This document shows, in pieces, positions 46,942-57,957 of a DNA stretch of 64,000 nucleotides. The position numbers were made by a program, and so were the translations under genes. The stretch's first letter is position 1; the number at the start of each line of letters is the position of its first letter. The DNA comes from Azolla caroliniana (taxonomy: Eukaryota; Plantae; Polypodiophyta): assembly GCA_043228905.1 (NCBI GenBank), contig JBHGNT010000013.1:4464001-4528000 (forward strand). The letters are read 5' to 3'. The notes below the pieces were generated by a model. The model ran no database searches, was not told where the DNA came from, and worked only from the letters and a program-made list of their open reading frames with translations.

Positions 46942-49655
46942 TTAAGAGGTCCAATATTGGTTAGAAAGCCAAAGAGAGTCGGCCTTGACAACTACACCAT
47001 CTTGATTACGGTGCCAATAATAATATGCATGTGTCCTATTCTTGATCTCAAGCATGGCATGTCCAAAGCTAGCCTCACGGAATGCTGAATATGCCGGTTG
47101 CGGCTCGGTAAACCTATAAAACAAACTCATAAAGTCATATATAATGAAATAGACGTTATGGACATTTCATTATCAAATTCAACCTGAAAACATAGAGGAA
47201 AACAAGAGAATTACTCTCTGGCAAGACCCTCGGCATTTCCACCGTCCCCAATCACTACGTAAACGGGTGCAGAGGGGTTTGCTTTTGGGGTGCAATTCCC
47301 ATTCACAATGTTGTAGTCAATGTTGGAAAAGCGATACTGCATAAAAAGCTCCCAATTTAGTGAAGATCCAACCAAAAAGTTTAACTTCTTTCTTTGTCAA
47401 TTCAAAGTTTTACGTTGAATGGCATGAAACCTTAGGCTTTTATTAAAGCAAAACATCATGTGTTGCAATATCAAAGCAATACTCACTGTTCTTTCATATG
47501 CATGAACATGGCCGGCAAATACAATGTCCACCTTGGCTTTTACCAACCATGATTCGAATTGGACACACATTGTTTCACCCTCCATATAATGATATTCATT
47601 GCTATTATACCATGGGGAATGCAACAAAACAATGAGCCACGGGGTCTTTGTCCTATCTACCGAAGCTAGCTCCTTCTTGAGCCAAACATATTGTGGGGTA
47701 TATTTGCCTACATAAAAACTCATTGAATGTGAGCCTACACAAGTCTATTCATAGTTTTATCAAATATGGTAGAGAAGTGTAGTATAGTACTAACCATATG
47801 CTGAATAAGACGAAAGAACAATGATATGAGCAGATGCTCTCTTGATGGAGTACCACAAGGGTGATGTGCTATTTGAGGCTTTATATGGAACTCGAAAACG
47901 GTTCAAGTACGGTTTGAATGCATCAACCTCTCCCTAATTGACAAAATCGCCAGAAAACAACCATTGAATTTAAAGGACAATTTGAAATACCCACAAGTGC
48001 TTATTTATTTTCCTAAATTCCTCTCAAGTTTTTGTTTTTATCCCAAATGCCCTTGGTTTAGTTCCTCTTATACAAATAAATATGTTATTGGTGTGATTGT
48101 AAGGTCAGGTTACCCCAATATGCACTTTTTAGATTATTTCTAAACATAGACTAACCAACTCAGGTGCAAAATCAAGTTCATGGTTTCCAGCTGTCCAAAT
48201 TCAAGGTTGATACGCCGTGCTTCGTTCGACAAACCGGCTCCAAGTATCCCATCGGTTGTTGTCATGGAATGGGTAGATGTCTGCATAGGAAAAATCACCT
48301 ACGTATAGAAGGGTGTCACCATTTGATTTCATGTAATGGTCAAGTGTTTTGTTGGAATCAAATATTTGACCAAGGTCACCTATAAAAAACAACGTGTATG
48401 AGTGAGTTGGTTGGCACTAGTATTTCTTTGAAGAATCTCATCTACATCTCATCACTATTATCATAGACAAAAAAAGAGTGTACTCCTTTGCACATGTTAT
48501 GAGTAAACACCAAACGCAAACTTTTTAAGGGATTCAATGGCTTCAATGCAAAACATAACCCTTAACTTTCATTAATTTAAAAGAATTGGATTTTTTATTA
48601 TAAATTTTGATTTTTCATACCAATAATCCCAAAAGTGTAGGGAGTATCAGGACCAACAGGTGGAGGTGTCTTAAACCAGAACTCTCGAGCAGAGGATCCC
48701 TCACCTAACTTGTAGTAATATTTTGCATTAAGCTGCAAGAAGATGTCCAAACAACAACAATGAAACTATAAATTAAGACAACAAATCTCTAGGTTTTGAG
48801 TCTTATTAGTAACAATTGAGCATCAATTTGCAAATGTGTACACACCTTGAGGTTGTCAATTCTACAATGATGAATGAAACCTGATGTGTAGTTGTAGAAT
48901 GTGTATCTTGAAACTTTGCCTTGTTTACTATAACTATACTTTCCAGATTCAAGGCCATATTGTACAACACTGGATCTTGGTTTTGAAGGTGTAGTCCATG
49001 ATATAAAGACTGCCTTTCCAATGAGGTCCCCTTGTTTGATATGAACCTGAAATTCCAAAGCTATCCTTCAATGTATAATCGGAATAGTGCCTAGTATATA
49101 CATTTGATAATGTAAACACAATGAAAACAAGATTATAAAATATGAATCTAAATATTGACACATGAACAGCTCAACAATGTACATTATTGTCTATGTCCAT
49201 ACCAATGAAAGTCTTATTTCTGCTTATAATGACTATAAGATATGAACCAAAGAGGAAATAAACTATAAATTAGAATAGTTGAAAACAAAATGGAAATTTT
49301 TGACACATTTGTACCTATATACATGTAGTCTTTCACATATAGAATGCATGGCTTTCATACATTACATATGGTACATGGTTTTGAAGATTTCTAATATTGT
49401 ACCCATGAGATTTGGTAGAAGTGATGAACACATACTTTATGTACAATATATTATAGGACAAGATAAAAACATATTTGCCTGTTGTGGAGCATTGTAGCCT
49501 TGGGGAGCTTTGAAAACGTCACTATCCAAAGGCATGTCCACTGTTGCTGCTAATTTGCGTCTATATGAGCTTGTCACCGCACCGTGCACGCATAGCGTGA
49601 AAGTGGACACAACTAAAATTCCATAAAACATGAGAAGAAGGTGATTGCTTGTCAT
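46942..49655 (-). pseudogene. PAP: Purple acid phosphatase paralog, 8 exons, 455 codons with a single nonsense codon (W223*)
   Basis: Exons 49655-49479, 49046-48846, 48732-48621, 48379-48156, 47933-47795, 47707-47487, 47336-47215, 47113-46942. All motifs present (GDLG, GDFSY, GNHE, VLLH, GHVH), but TGA at 48203-48201 where the paralog has TGG. Confidence 0.88.
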
Positions 49656-50424
49656 TGTGTCCCTACAAAAGGAGACAAAATATGTACCTAAGAATACTTG
49701 GTTATGCCATATAAATTTGAAGGCACTTTGAGCTTATAATTTTACTTCCTTAAAAGAGCTTATAGTCATTGAACATGAAAGACATGTTTGTCTCTAAATT
49801 GAAAGATTTTAGTCTTACCCGATGGAGAATAAAAGGAAGATGGGCAAATAGAATCACTAATGAATTGATTACATAGTTGAGAGATAGAGCTCTACTTATA
49901 TAGGTTTTATTCATCCTATATGTAATATATCCACAAGTATATTCTAGCACAAAAAGTCAAACTATTAAAAAATTCTCACTTTAAAGGAAGCCTAAGTGAC
50001 AATAATATATCAAAAAACAAACTGTCGAGTGATTCCAAGCCTCATAGAGCATAAACAAAGAGCCAATTTCCATAATGTGTTCAAGCGGAAACAATTGTAA
50101 TTTGTAAAATGTAAAGAAAGTAAACGGATAAGATTTTTACTTTTCCTTCATTTCTTAGTCCATTTCTTAGTCCATTTCTTAGTTAAATCTTTCCTCTCGA
50201 TCTCTTGTGTTCTTTCCTCTTGTTATCCCTAATCTTGCCCTACTTCCATATGTGTCAAGTTTAAGGCTTAAGCTTTCCTCGTGAGTGCCTAAAATTTTAT
50301 CCCTCATGAAAGTGGTTTGTTATCAGAAAGATAGTGGTATGTACTCTTTGTGTGATTTTCTCATGCTTTGCTTGAGTCAGCGATCAGCCATGAGTAAATT
50401 TGTACTTAAATTAATATGACCATA

Positions 50425-53086
50425 TGTTGAGCGGGCAAGCTCAACCAGATTCGGATCGGTATCCGGATGGTATTTGGAACTAGGAGCTGGATCGGAGAGC
50501 CGGATTGGATTGTAACCGGTAGGCCGTTAGAGGCCTATGAATCTAGCCTTGTATGTAGGCATATTTTTCGGAGTCAATGGTAGTCGCTTGTATGAGCATT
50601 GATGTACCTGTCAGTCCTTTCATGGACTTGTATAAAAGAGCTCACTGAGCACATTGTATGTACACAAAGTGTTATTATTTTAATGGAGTTTATGCTTTTT
50701 GCTCTCTCCTCTCCCGTGTATTCTTTGTTCTTAACCTTCCATTAAATCTTCACTCTCTATTTTATTGTTGTAATCCGGCTAAGACGGTTTGTCTACAAGC
50801 TTCCGCACGCTATTCTCTTCATGGTATCGGAGTGCGAGGGTTGAGAACCTATGCAGCCGACGAGCAATTTCCAAAGACAAACCCTACACCCGATAGAGAA
50901 CAGAAAACAAGGTTAGAATGGACAGATGAATGGCTAGTTCGTTCCCGACGGAGAAGCTCAACAGATCCTGTAGCACGGTTACTAGAGTTATGTTGACGAA
51001 GCTAACGATACGGCAGCTGATGCGGCACACAGGGACTTCCCGGCTTGGAAGCAAACTTGGGGAAACCTGAAGAAGGTCATCGCCACGAGCACCATGGCCC
51101 GGAAGCTGCAACTTCGACAGGAGTTGAGCAATGTCTGATAGAAGGACATGTCAATGGCCGACTACAAAGCCCGGATCAAAGACATCTGCGACTTAGTTGC
51201 CTCTATCAACGTAATCATCGAGGAAGATGAGATTGTGCAAGTTTGTCTCGAGGGCTTGGCATCAAAGTTCGGAGCATTCCGGACGGCGGTCTGTACAAGG
51301 GAGAATATGCCCTCGTTTTTCGACTTACAGTCGATGCTCCTTGTAGAGGAGAACCGGTAATCAAATGCCAAGACGGAATGCTGGTACTGTGGCAAGAAAG
51401 GCCACTTGGAAAGAGCATGCTGGAAGAAGCACGCCGATTCAGATAAATCTAGGTCCGGCAAGGCTGAACAAGGGACCCGACAAAGCTCGCATTATACCGA
51501 AGGATCCATAATCGGTAAGACCGGAAAAGGGCCAGCCCTTGTGATGAAGCACAAGGCGAACTCGATGAAGAAGACCACTTCCGGATTGGAGGAAGTGTGG
51601 TACGTTGACTCAAGAGCATCAAAACACATGACGAGCCATGAAGAGTGGTTCTCGTTTTTTTCAAAGCTGGAGCAACCAGAGATGACACTCCTCACCTGAT
51701 TGCGCATTTTGGAGAAGTCCCTTCAAGCCACGTCGGACAAAAGGGAAAGCTAATGAACGTACTACATGTTTTGACAATCACAAAGAACCTAGTGTTTGTC
51801 ATGTAGATCGTCGACCAGGGGATGCAGGTGCGTTTCACACACCTCAAGTGCTTCATCGAGGCAAAAGGCCGAATAATTGCTCAAGGGCGTAGGGACGGGA
51901 TGATGTTTATCCTCAACACCAACGACATCGGCACCACTATGTTTGCAAAAGTATAGAAGGTCGAATCGGATATCAACTTTTAGCACAAGCAAATCGGCCA
52001 CGTCAACTATCAACGACTTCAAGACCAACAATCGAAATAGGTAGTTTTGGATTGCCAAAACTCAGTGGTCGGAAGGCCCAAATTTGTGAAGCTTGCCAGC
52101 TCGGGAAGCAACATCGGCTTTCGTTCCCCACCAAAACAAACCAGAGTTGTAACATGCTTGATCTAATACATTTAGATGTATGGGGACCAACACAGAACGT
52201 TCGACTTGGCAGTAGCCGATATTTTGTCTCCTTCATTGATGACTCCAGCCGGCACACATGGATGTACCTCATCGAGAACAAAACCGAACCCTTTGACTGT
52301 TTTCGGAACCTGCAAAGTCTTGTCGAACGAGAAACAGAGAGGATGATCAAGTGCCCGTGGTTGGATGGTGGAAAAGAATACTTTTCCAGCCAATTCAATT
52401 GTTATCTGCAACAAATGGGAATTCGGAGAGAACACACCGGAACAAAACGGTGTGGCTGAAAGGAAGAACCGGTCGATTATGGAGGCGGCACGGGCAATTC
52501 TGGAGGTGAAGAGTATGCCCAAGTTCTATTGGACCGAAGCGGTCTGGACGGTTGTCGGATCGGGGACAAGGTGTCAGCACACGAGCTGTATTTCGGGCGG
52601 AATCCGAATCTAAGGCACCTTAAGATATTTGGTATCATTGCATATGTGCATGTGCTAGCTGAGAAGTGGAGAAAGCTGGACTCGAAGTCGGAGAAGTGCA
52701 TCCTTGTTGGTTACTCTCATGAGCAAAACAGTTATAAGTGCTATAAAGCCCGAACAAAACAAGTTCGAGTGAGCTGAGATGTCGAATTTGATGAGTCGGT
52801 GTCATGGTACTCTCTACCGTCTCCAATGTCTGACTCCGACCCGATTCAAGACGATGAGGCCAGTGAGTTAGAAACAATCCGGGCAGAAGATGAAGGATGA
52901 TTCAGTACTCTAGATGAGAGTCCAATCTCATTCCGGCTAAGTGGGTCGCATGAGCAACTGAGTCTGAATAACCAGTCCGATGACGAGCCGTCGAGTAGCG
53001 GGGACTCAACCATGCTCTCCCCGTGCAAGGAACCGAGGAGACGGTTCACGCACAAAGAAAAGGGGAAGAAGAAGATGCTTCCATTA
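50425..53086 (+). mobile_element. Copia D: 3'-truncated degenerate Ty1/copia (5' LTR 50425-50821, gag, protease, integrase)
   Basis: TGTTGAG..TTCA directly followed by PBS TGGTATCGGAG; CWYCGKKGH, WYVDSRAS, IHLDVWGP, QNGVAERKNR; no RT. Confidence 0.88.
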
Positions 53087-53213
53087 TGTGAAGAATAGCG
53101 CGGAATATTGCTCGGCCACAACCGAGTCTTAAATCTCTTCAATGAGAATCAAAACACAAAAATGGGAAGTAGAGAGTGAACAAATGTACACACACGGACA
53201 ATAGAGAGTACAC

Positions 53214-54057
53214 AAAGGTTGTTAGGTACATTAGGTACGGTACGGTACGGATACCATACGTATATAACGTATTAATACCCGTATAGTACCTCCCAATTTA
53301 AAAATACATTAAATATGTTTTCTTAATATGTTAAATACTTATAAAATACGTACTTTATGTATAATACGTTAAATACTTCTAGAATTTGAAAATTATTTAC
53401 CTTTCTAAAAAATATCTATAATATTGTAAAAAACATCTATGTTTACACAATTTTGTGATGTACAATATAGTTCTACATCCTAAAATGCATAAAAGACATT
53501 TTAACATTTCACATCCTAAAATACTTGTAGTAATATGGATGTCGATATTCCCTTATTCTATAAATCAGTGTAAGTGTGTATTACGATGTTCTACTTCAAA
53601 TTTTAATGATTTACAATTATGCCTTCATAGATTGAGGAATCGTCTACGATTATCACACTCATAATAGGTTTCTCTTTTCTTCGTTTTCTTCTTCTTCTTC
53701 TTCTTCTATCTTCTACGATTATCACACTTTGAGTTAGGACAGGTTTATGTCTTCTTTTCTCTCTTTTTCTTTTTCTTCTTCATCTTCTTTATCGTCGTCA
53801 CTTCTATTCTTCTTTCTTCCTTCCTTTGGCTTTTTTTTCACTAAAATCTTTTTTCTCTTTTGCTTTTTGTTGGGGTTTTACTTACATTTTCTTTATAAAT
53901 ATGTATTATACTAGTTTTTTTATAAATAGGTCAAATACCGTATTGGACAAATGTAAATGATATTTGACTGAACAACATTGAGGTATAGTATGTACTATAC
54001 AAATGATGAGGTATTATACGTATTTAAACGTTAAATACGGCTACGTAAACAACCATG
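53214..54057 (+). mobile_element. Complete non-autonomous hAT-type element (844 bp) inserted in the Copia E LTR
   Basis: Termini AAAGGTTGTT..AACAACCATG; 8-bp TSD GAGTACAC/GAGTACAT (53206-53213 / 54058-54065); subterminal TACG repeats; no coding capacity. Confidence 0.88.
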
Positions 54058-55706
54058 GAGTACATAGAATGTTTACATGGAAAACCCTAATGGGAAAAAC
54101 CACGGGAGCCCCCAGACTCTAAGCTATCACTATATAAGAAAAGGTACAATTAGAGACTCAGAGGCAACAACCTTGAGCTCTGTATCTTCACCAACCGGCG
54201 GTTATAACAGAGTATCACTTTGTATCTCCTCTCTCTCTATACAACAATTATCTCAACAACAATATGACAATCACACTCTATGAAGTCATTGCCCTAAGTC
54301 ATATTTATACTTATATGAACTTAGGGCTATTTACAAATATAGCCTCAATAGGCTTACTCAAAACATATTTACAAATCTGTCTTCACTTCCAGTTCTCACC
54401 GGGTCTATCCGATCCGGTTTCCAGATCTCTTCATTCATAACCAGATCCCATCCGGAGGGATCAATTTCCCAACAATCTCTCCCTTCATTCTGGCATGGGA
54501 TGTCTTGTCAGCCCAATCTTCCTTCGGTACGCGTCCAGGTTGTCAGTGGTCAACACCTTCGTCAGCATATCCGACCCGTTCTCCTTCGTGTGGATCTTCG
54601 TCAGCACGAACTCTTGATCTTCTACTCTCTCCCGGATCCAGTGGTACCTCCGTTGGATATGTTTAGTTCGGGAATGGTAGGCCTCGTTCTTTGCAAGGTG
54701 GATGGCACTTTGATTGTTGCTGTAGAGTTAGTATACCTCCTATTGGATCCCTAGCTCTTCGATGAAGTCCTTCATCCAGATTATCTCCTTGCCGGCTTCC
54801 ACAACTACCATGTACTCCACCTCCGTGGTTGACAACACAACCGTCTTCTACAACCTCGATTGCCACGAGACAACTCCCCCTGCATAAGCCATGACATATC
54901 CGGATGTCGACAGCTAGTATCTGCATCAGCCGACATATCTAAATCCGTGAACCCGTCAAGTTGGGGATTACCGGAGCCGAACTGGAGGCACATACTCACG
55001 GTGCCTTTCTGATACTAGAGTATCCACTTGATTGCGTTCCAGTGTTCTTTTCCGGGATTGCTCATGAACCGGCTCCCCACTCCGACCACATATCCAATAT
55101 CCAGATGGGTACATACCATAGCATACATCAAGCTTCCGATGGCAGAGGCATATGATATCTCCATCATGTCCGACTTCTCTGCCTTTGTCTTCGGGCTTTC
55201 CTTTCCAGAAAACTTGCAATTTTCCTGAAGTGTTGATCCGATCGGTTTTGCCTCCGACATGTTGAACCTTTGGAGTACCTTTGTCACGTACTTTTCTTGT
55301 GACAACCATAACAACTTCTTTGACCGGTCCCAGATGATGTGCATTCCCAATATCTGTCTTGTCGGCCCCAAGTCTTTCATTGAGAAGGTCGAGTTTAGAG
55401 CCTTCTTCAGCATCCATATTGTGACTTGGTCTTGTCCGACGATTAACATATCATCCACATATAGGAGTATCAAGAAATCTCCTTTGTCAAATTTCTTCAC
55501 AAACACGCAGTGGTCGGCTTGCGTTTTGTGATACCCTTGGTCGGTCATGAAGGAGTTGAACTTTTGGTACCATTGCTAGGGAGCTTTTGCTTCACTCCGT
55601 ATAGGCTCTTCTTCAGCCAGCACACTAGGTGCTCTTTCCCTTTCTTCTCAAATCCGTCTGGTTGATACATGTAGATTTCTTCTTAGAGGTCACCATGTAG
55701 GAATGC

Positions 55707-56147
55707 CGTCTTGACGTCCAGTTTCTCTACCTCGAGGTCCATGCTTGCCGCTATGCCCAATACTGTCCGGATGGATGCCATCTTTACTACCGGGGCAAAG
55801 ATCTCATCGAAATCCACTCCTTTCTTCGACTGGAACCCCTTTCACCATGATCTGGGCTTTTGTATCTCGGTGGGTTTCCGGCATCTCCCGGTTTCAGCTT
55901 GTACACCCACTTGTTCCGGAGTGCGCTCGTCTTGACGTCCAGTTTCTCTACCTCGAGGTCCATGCTTGCCGCTATGCCCAATACTGTCCGGATGGATGCC
56001 ATCTTTACTACCGGGGCAAAGATCTCATCGAAATCCACTCCTTTCTTCTACTGGAACCCCTTCACCATGATCTGGGCTTTGTATCTCGGTGGGTTTCCGC
56101 CATCTCCCAGTTTCAGCTTGTACACCCACTTGTTCCGGAGTGCGCTC
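55707..56147. repeat. Tandem duplication 2 x ~220 bp within Copia E RT
   Basis: CGTCTTGACGTCCAG starts at 55707 and 55928. Confidence 0.93.
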
Positions 56148-56290
56148 TTTCCTTTCGGCAACTCCGTAAGTTCATATGTGTGGTTCTCATGCAGGGAATC
56201 CATTTGATCCTGCATGGCACTCAACCATTTGTGGTTGTGGGTGTCTGTCTTTGCTTCTTTGAAGCTTTCCGGCACCCCCTCATCGCTGTC

Positions 56291-56363
56291 ATGATATGGC
56301 AAGACTCGAACCCATGACCTTATACTACATGGGTCGAGCTCTTGACCATTAGACTATACATTG
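56291..56363 (-). other. tRNA-like / Pol III type-2 promoter module, antisense in the LTR U3 (second copy ~61537-61609)
   Basis: Minus strand A box TAGTCTAATGG (56356-56346), variable-loop AGGTC and B box GGGTTCGAGTC (56313-56303) at canonical tRNA spacing. Cloverleaf stems are degenerate, so this is not a functional tRNA. Confidence 0.6.
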
Positions 56364-56417
56364 TAATACATAGAATATTATTTTCATTTACGTTTTATTA
56401 TAGAAAATTGATGTATA

Positions 56418-56460
56418 TTCCAGATTTCTCTGGAACATTCTAGAAACTTCAGGAGTATTC
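56418..56460 (+). promoter_or_regulatory. Heat-shock element array upstream of the LTR TATA box (also 61664-61706)
   Basis: TTC-GAT-CTC-GAA-TTC-GAA-TTC-GAG-TTC in exact 5-bp phase; TATAAAA at 56471. Confidence 0.72.
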
Positions 56461-56734
56461 CTTAGAACACTATAAAAGGAGGCATAAGGCATTATTTCGA
56501 ACCAAATCGGTTCAACGCCAGTCTTAAGCCTCCTAGCTACTGTACACTTTCTTCACATAATATATATATTTTCTTATCATCACTCACTCACTCTCTCTCT
56601 CTCTCTCTCTCTCGATCTCTCTCTCCCTCCCTCTCACTCACTCTTTCCTTCTCTCGAGAGTTCTTTACCTCTCTTAGTACTAATACTTCTTTTAGTACTA
56701 ATTCCTTCTCTGTCTTAGTACTGTTCCTGACAGT

Positions 56735-56747
56735 TTGAACCGATTTG
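56735..56747 (+). promoter_or_regulatory. Self-priming PBS (non-tRNA) of Gypsy D
   Basis: TTGAACCGATTTG is the exact complement of CAAATCGGTTCAA at 56503-56515, 32 nt after the TATA box. Confidence 0.8.
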
Positions 56748-56805
56748 CCTACCTTCTGTCTCTCTCATTTCCTACTAATCTCTTATTCCTCTTTTCTTTC
56801 ATCCC

Positions 56806-57957
56806 ATGGACACTGTTAGCGCTGAAGAATATCAATCTGTTTTCTCGGAATTTCAATGCTTGAAAGAGAAGTTCCATGCTTTGGAACAAGAAAACCAACG
56901 GTTGTTGGGGGATCTTCAGCAAATCTCCTTAGAAAAGCAACAAACGCAACAACAACATGGGGAACTTGCGTTACGCGTGCAACAACTCGAAGCAACCATC
57001 GTAGCGATGCAACAACAAGGGCCCGGAACACAAGGGATTCGTAAAGAACCCAAGATTGTCTTTCCCACGAAGTTCGATGGAACGCGATCACAGTTTAGAG
57101 GGTTCCTTAACCAGGTACGATTAGTTATTCAAATGCATCCTTCCCGGTATCCCACCGATGCATCACGAGTGGGTTTAGTAGGCACTTTGTTAAGTGGCCC
57201 AGCGTTGGCATGGTTCGCTCCACTATTAGAAAAGGAATCCCCGTTACTCAACAATTTTGAAGAGTTTCTAGGTGAGTTTAAAGCATGTTTCGAAGATACT
57301 GACAACATTAGGACCGCAATCAACAAAATTCGGCGATTACGCCAAGGTGACCATCCAACCTCTGCATATGCTGCAGATTTTCGCCTACTCGCCGCCGATA
57401 TCCCTTGGGATGATCAAGCGTTGATGGAGCAATTCCGTTATGGTTTACGCAACGACGTCAAGGATTTACTCTTGACCTTCCCCGAAGAGCCAAAGTCCTT
57501 AACAGAAGCAATCAGTCGCGCGGTGAGATGTGACAACCGCCTCTTTGAGCGACGTTCGGAACGACAACTACAGATGCCGAGGGCAAGATCAGAGCCCACC
57601 TACGCCTCAGTGGTAGCAAGACCTTTTCCGAGGGAGTCATATAATGCGCCTCCAGCGAATACTCCGACTCCGATGGAGATTGACACTACACGTCGTCGAG
57701 GGCCATTATCCGAAGAAGAAAAGCAGCGACGCCGTACAAATCAACTATGTCTTTACTGCGGTGGACCAGGACATATTGCAATAAATTGCCCCCATAGGTC
57801 AAGAAGACAGGTAAACCAAATAGTCGCTAGTTCTAATTGTACTAAACCCGAGCCTATTTCAGTAGGGATATCTGATAGTCCTAATAGTACTAATAGCCCA
57901 GATCTAGCAAACAGATTTGATGTCCTTAGTCAGTTAGAAGAAGAGTTAAACGACTAA
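56806..57957 (+). CDS. Gypsy D Gag (383 aa, open)
   Basis: N-terminal coiled coil, P.KFDG.R..FRGFL capsid (PEG10/Rtl1-like), CLYCGGPGHIAINC knuckle. Confidence 0.92.
   Translation: MDTVSAEEYQSVFSEFQCLKEKFHALEQENQRLLGDLQQISLEKQQTQQQHGELALRVQQLEATIVAMQQQGPGTQGIRKEPKIVFPTKFDGTRSQFRGFLNQVRLVIQMHPSRYPTDASRVGLVGTLLSGPALAWFAPLLEKESPLLNNFEEFLGEFKACFEDTDNIRTAINKIRRLRQGDHPTSAYAADFRLLAADIPWDDQALMEQFRYGLRNDVKDLLLTFPEEPKSLTEAISRAVRCDNRLFERRSERQLQMPRARSEPTYASVVARPFPRESYNAPPANTPTPMEIDTTRRRGPLSEEEKQRRRTNQLCLYCGGPGHIAINCPHRSRRQVNQIVASSNCTKPEPISVGISDSPNSTNSPDLANRFDVLSQLEEELND

Larger units (their letters stand above)
56287..56732 (+). repeat. 5' LTR of Gypsy D
   Basis: TGTCA..TGACA; direct repeat of 61533-61973. 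Confidence 0.96.

Noticed and set aside
56291-56363. Functional tRNA gene
   Set aside because: Acceptor and anticodon stems do not pair; kept only as a tRNA-like/Pol III motif.
56806-57957. Domesticated PEG10/RTL-like host gene
   Set aside because: Lies in a full LTR element with TSD; it is ordinary chromovirus Gag.
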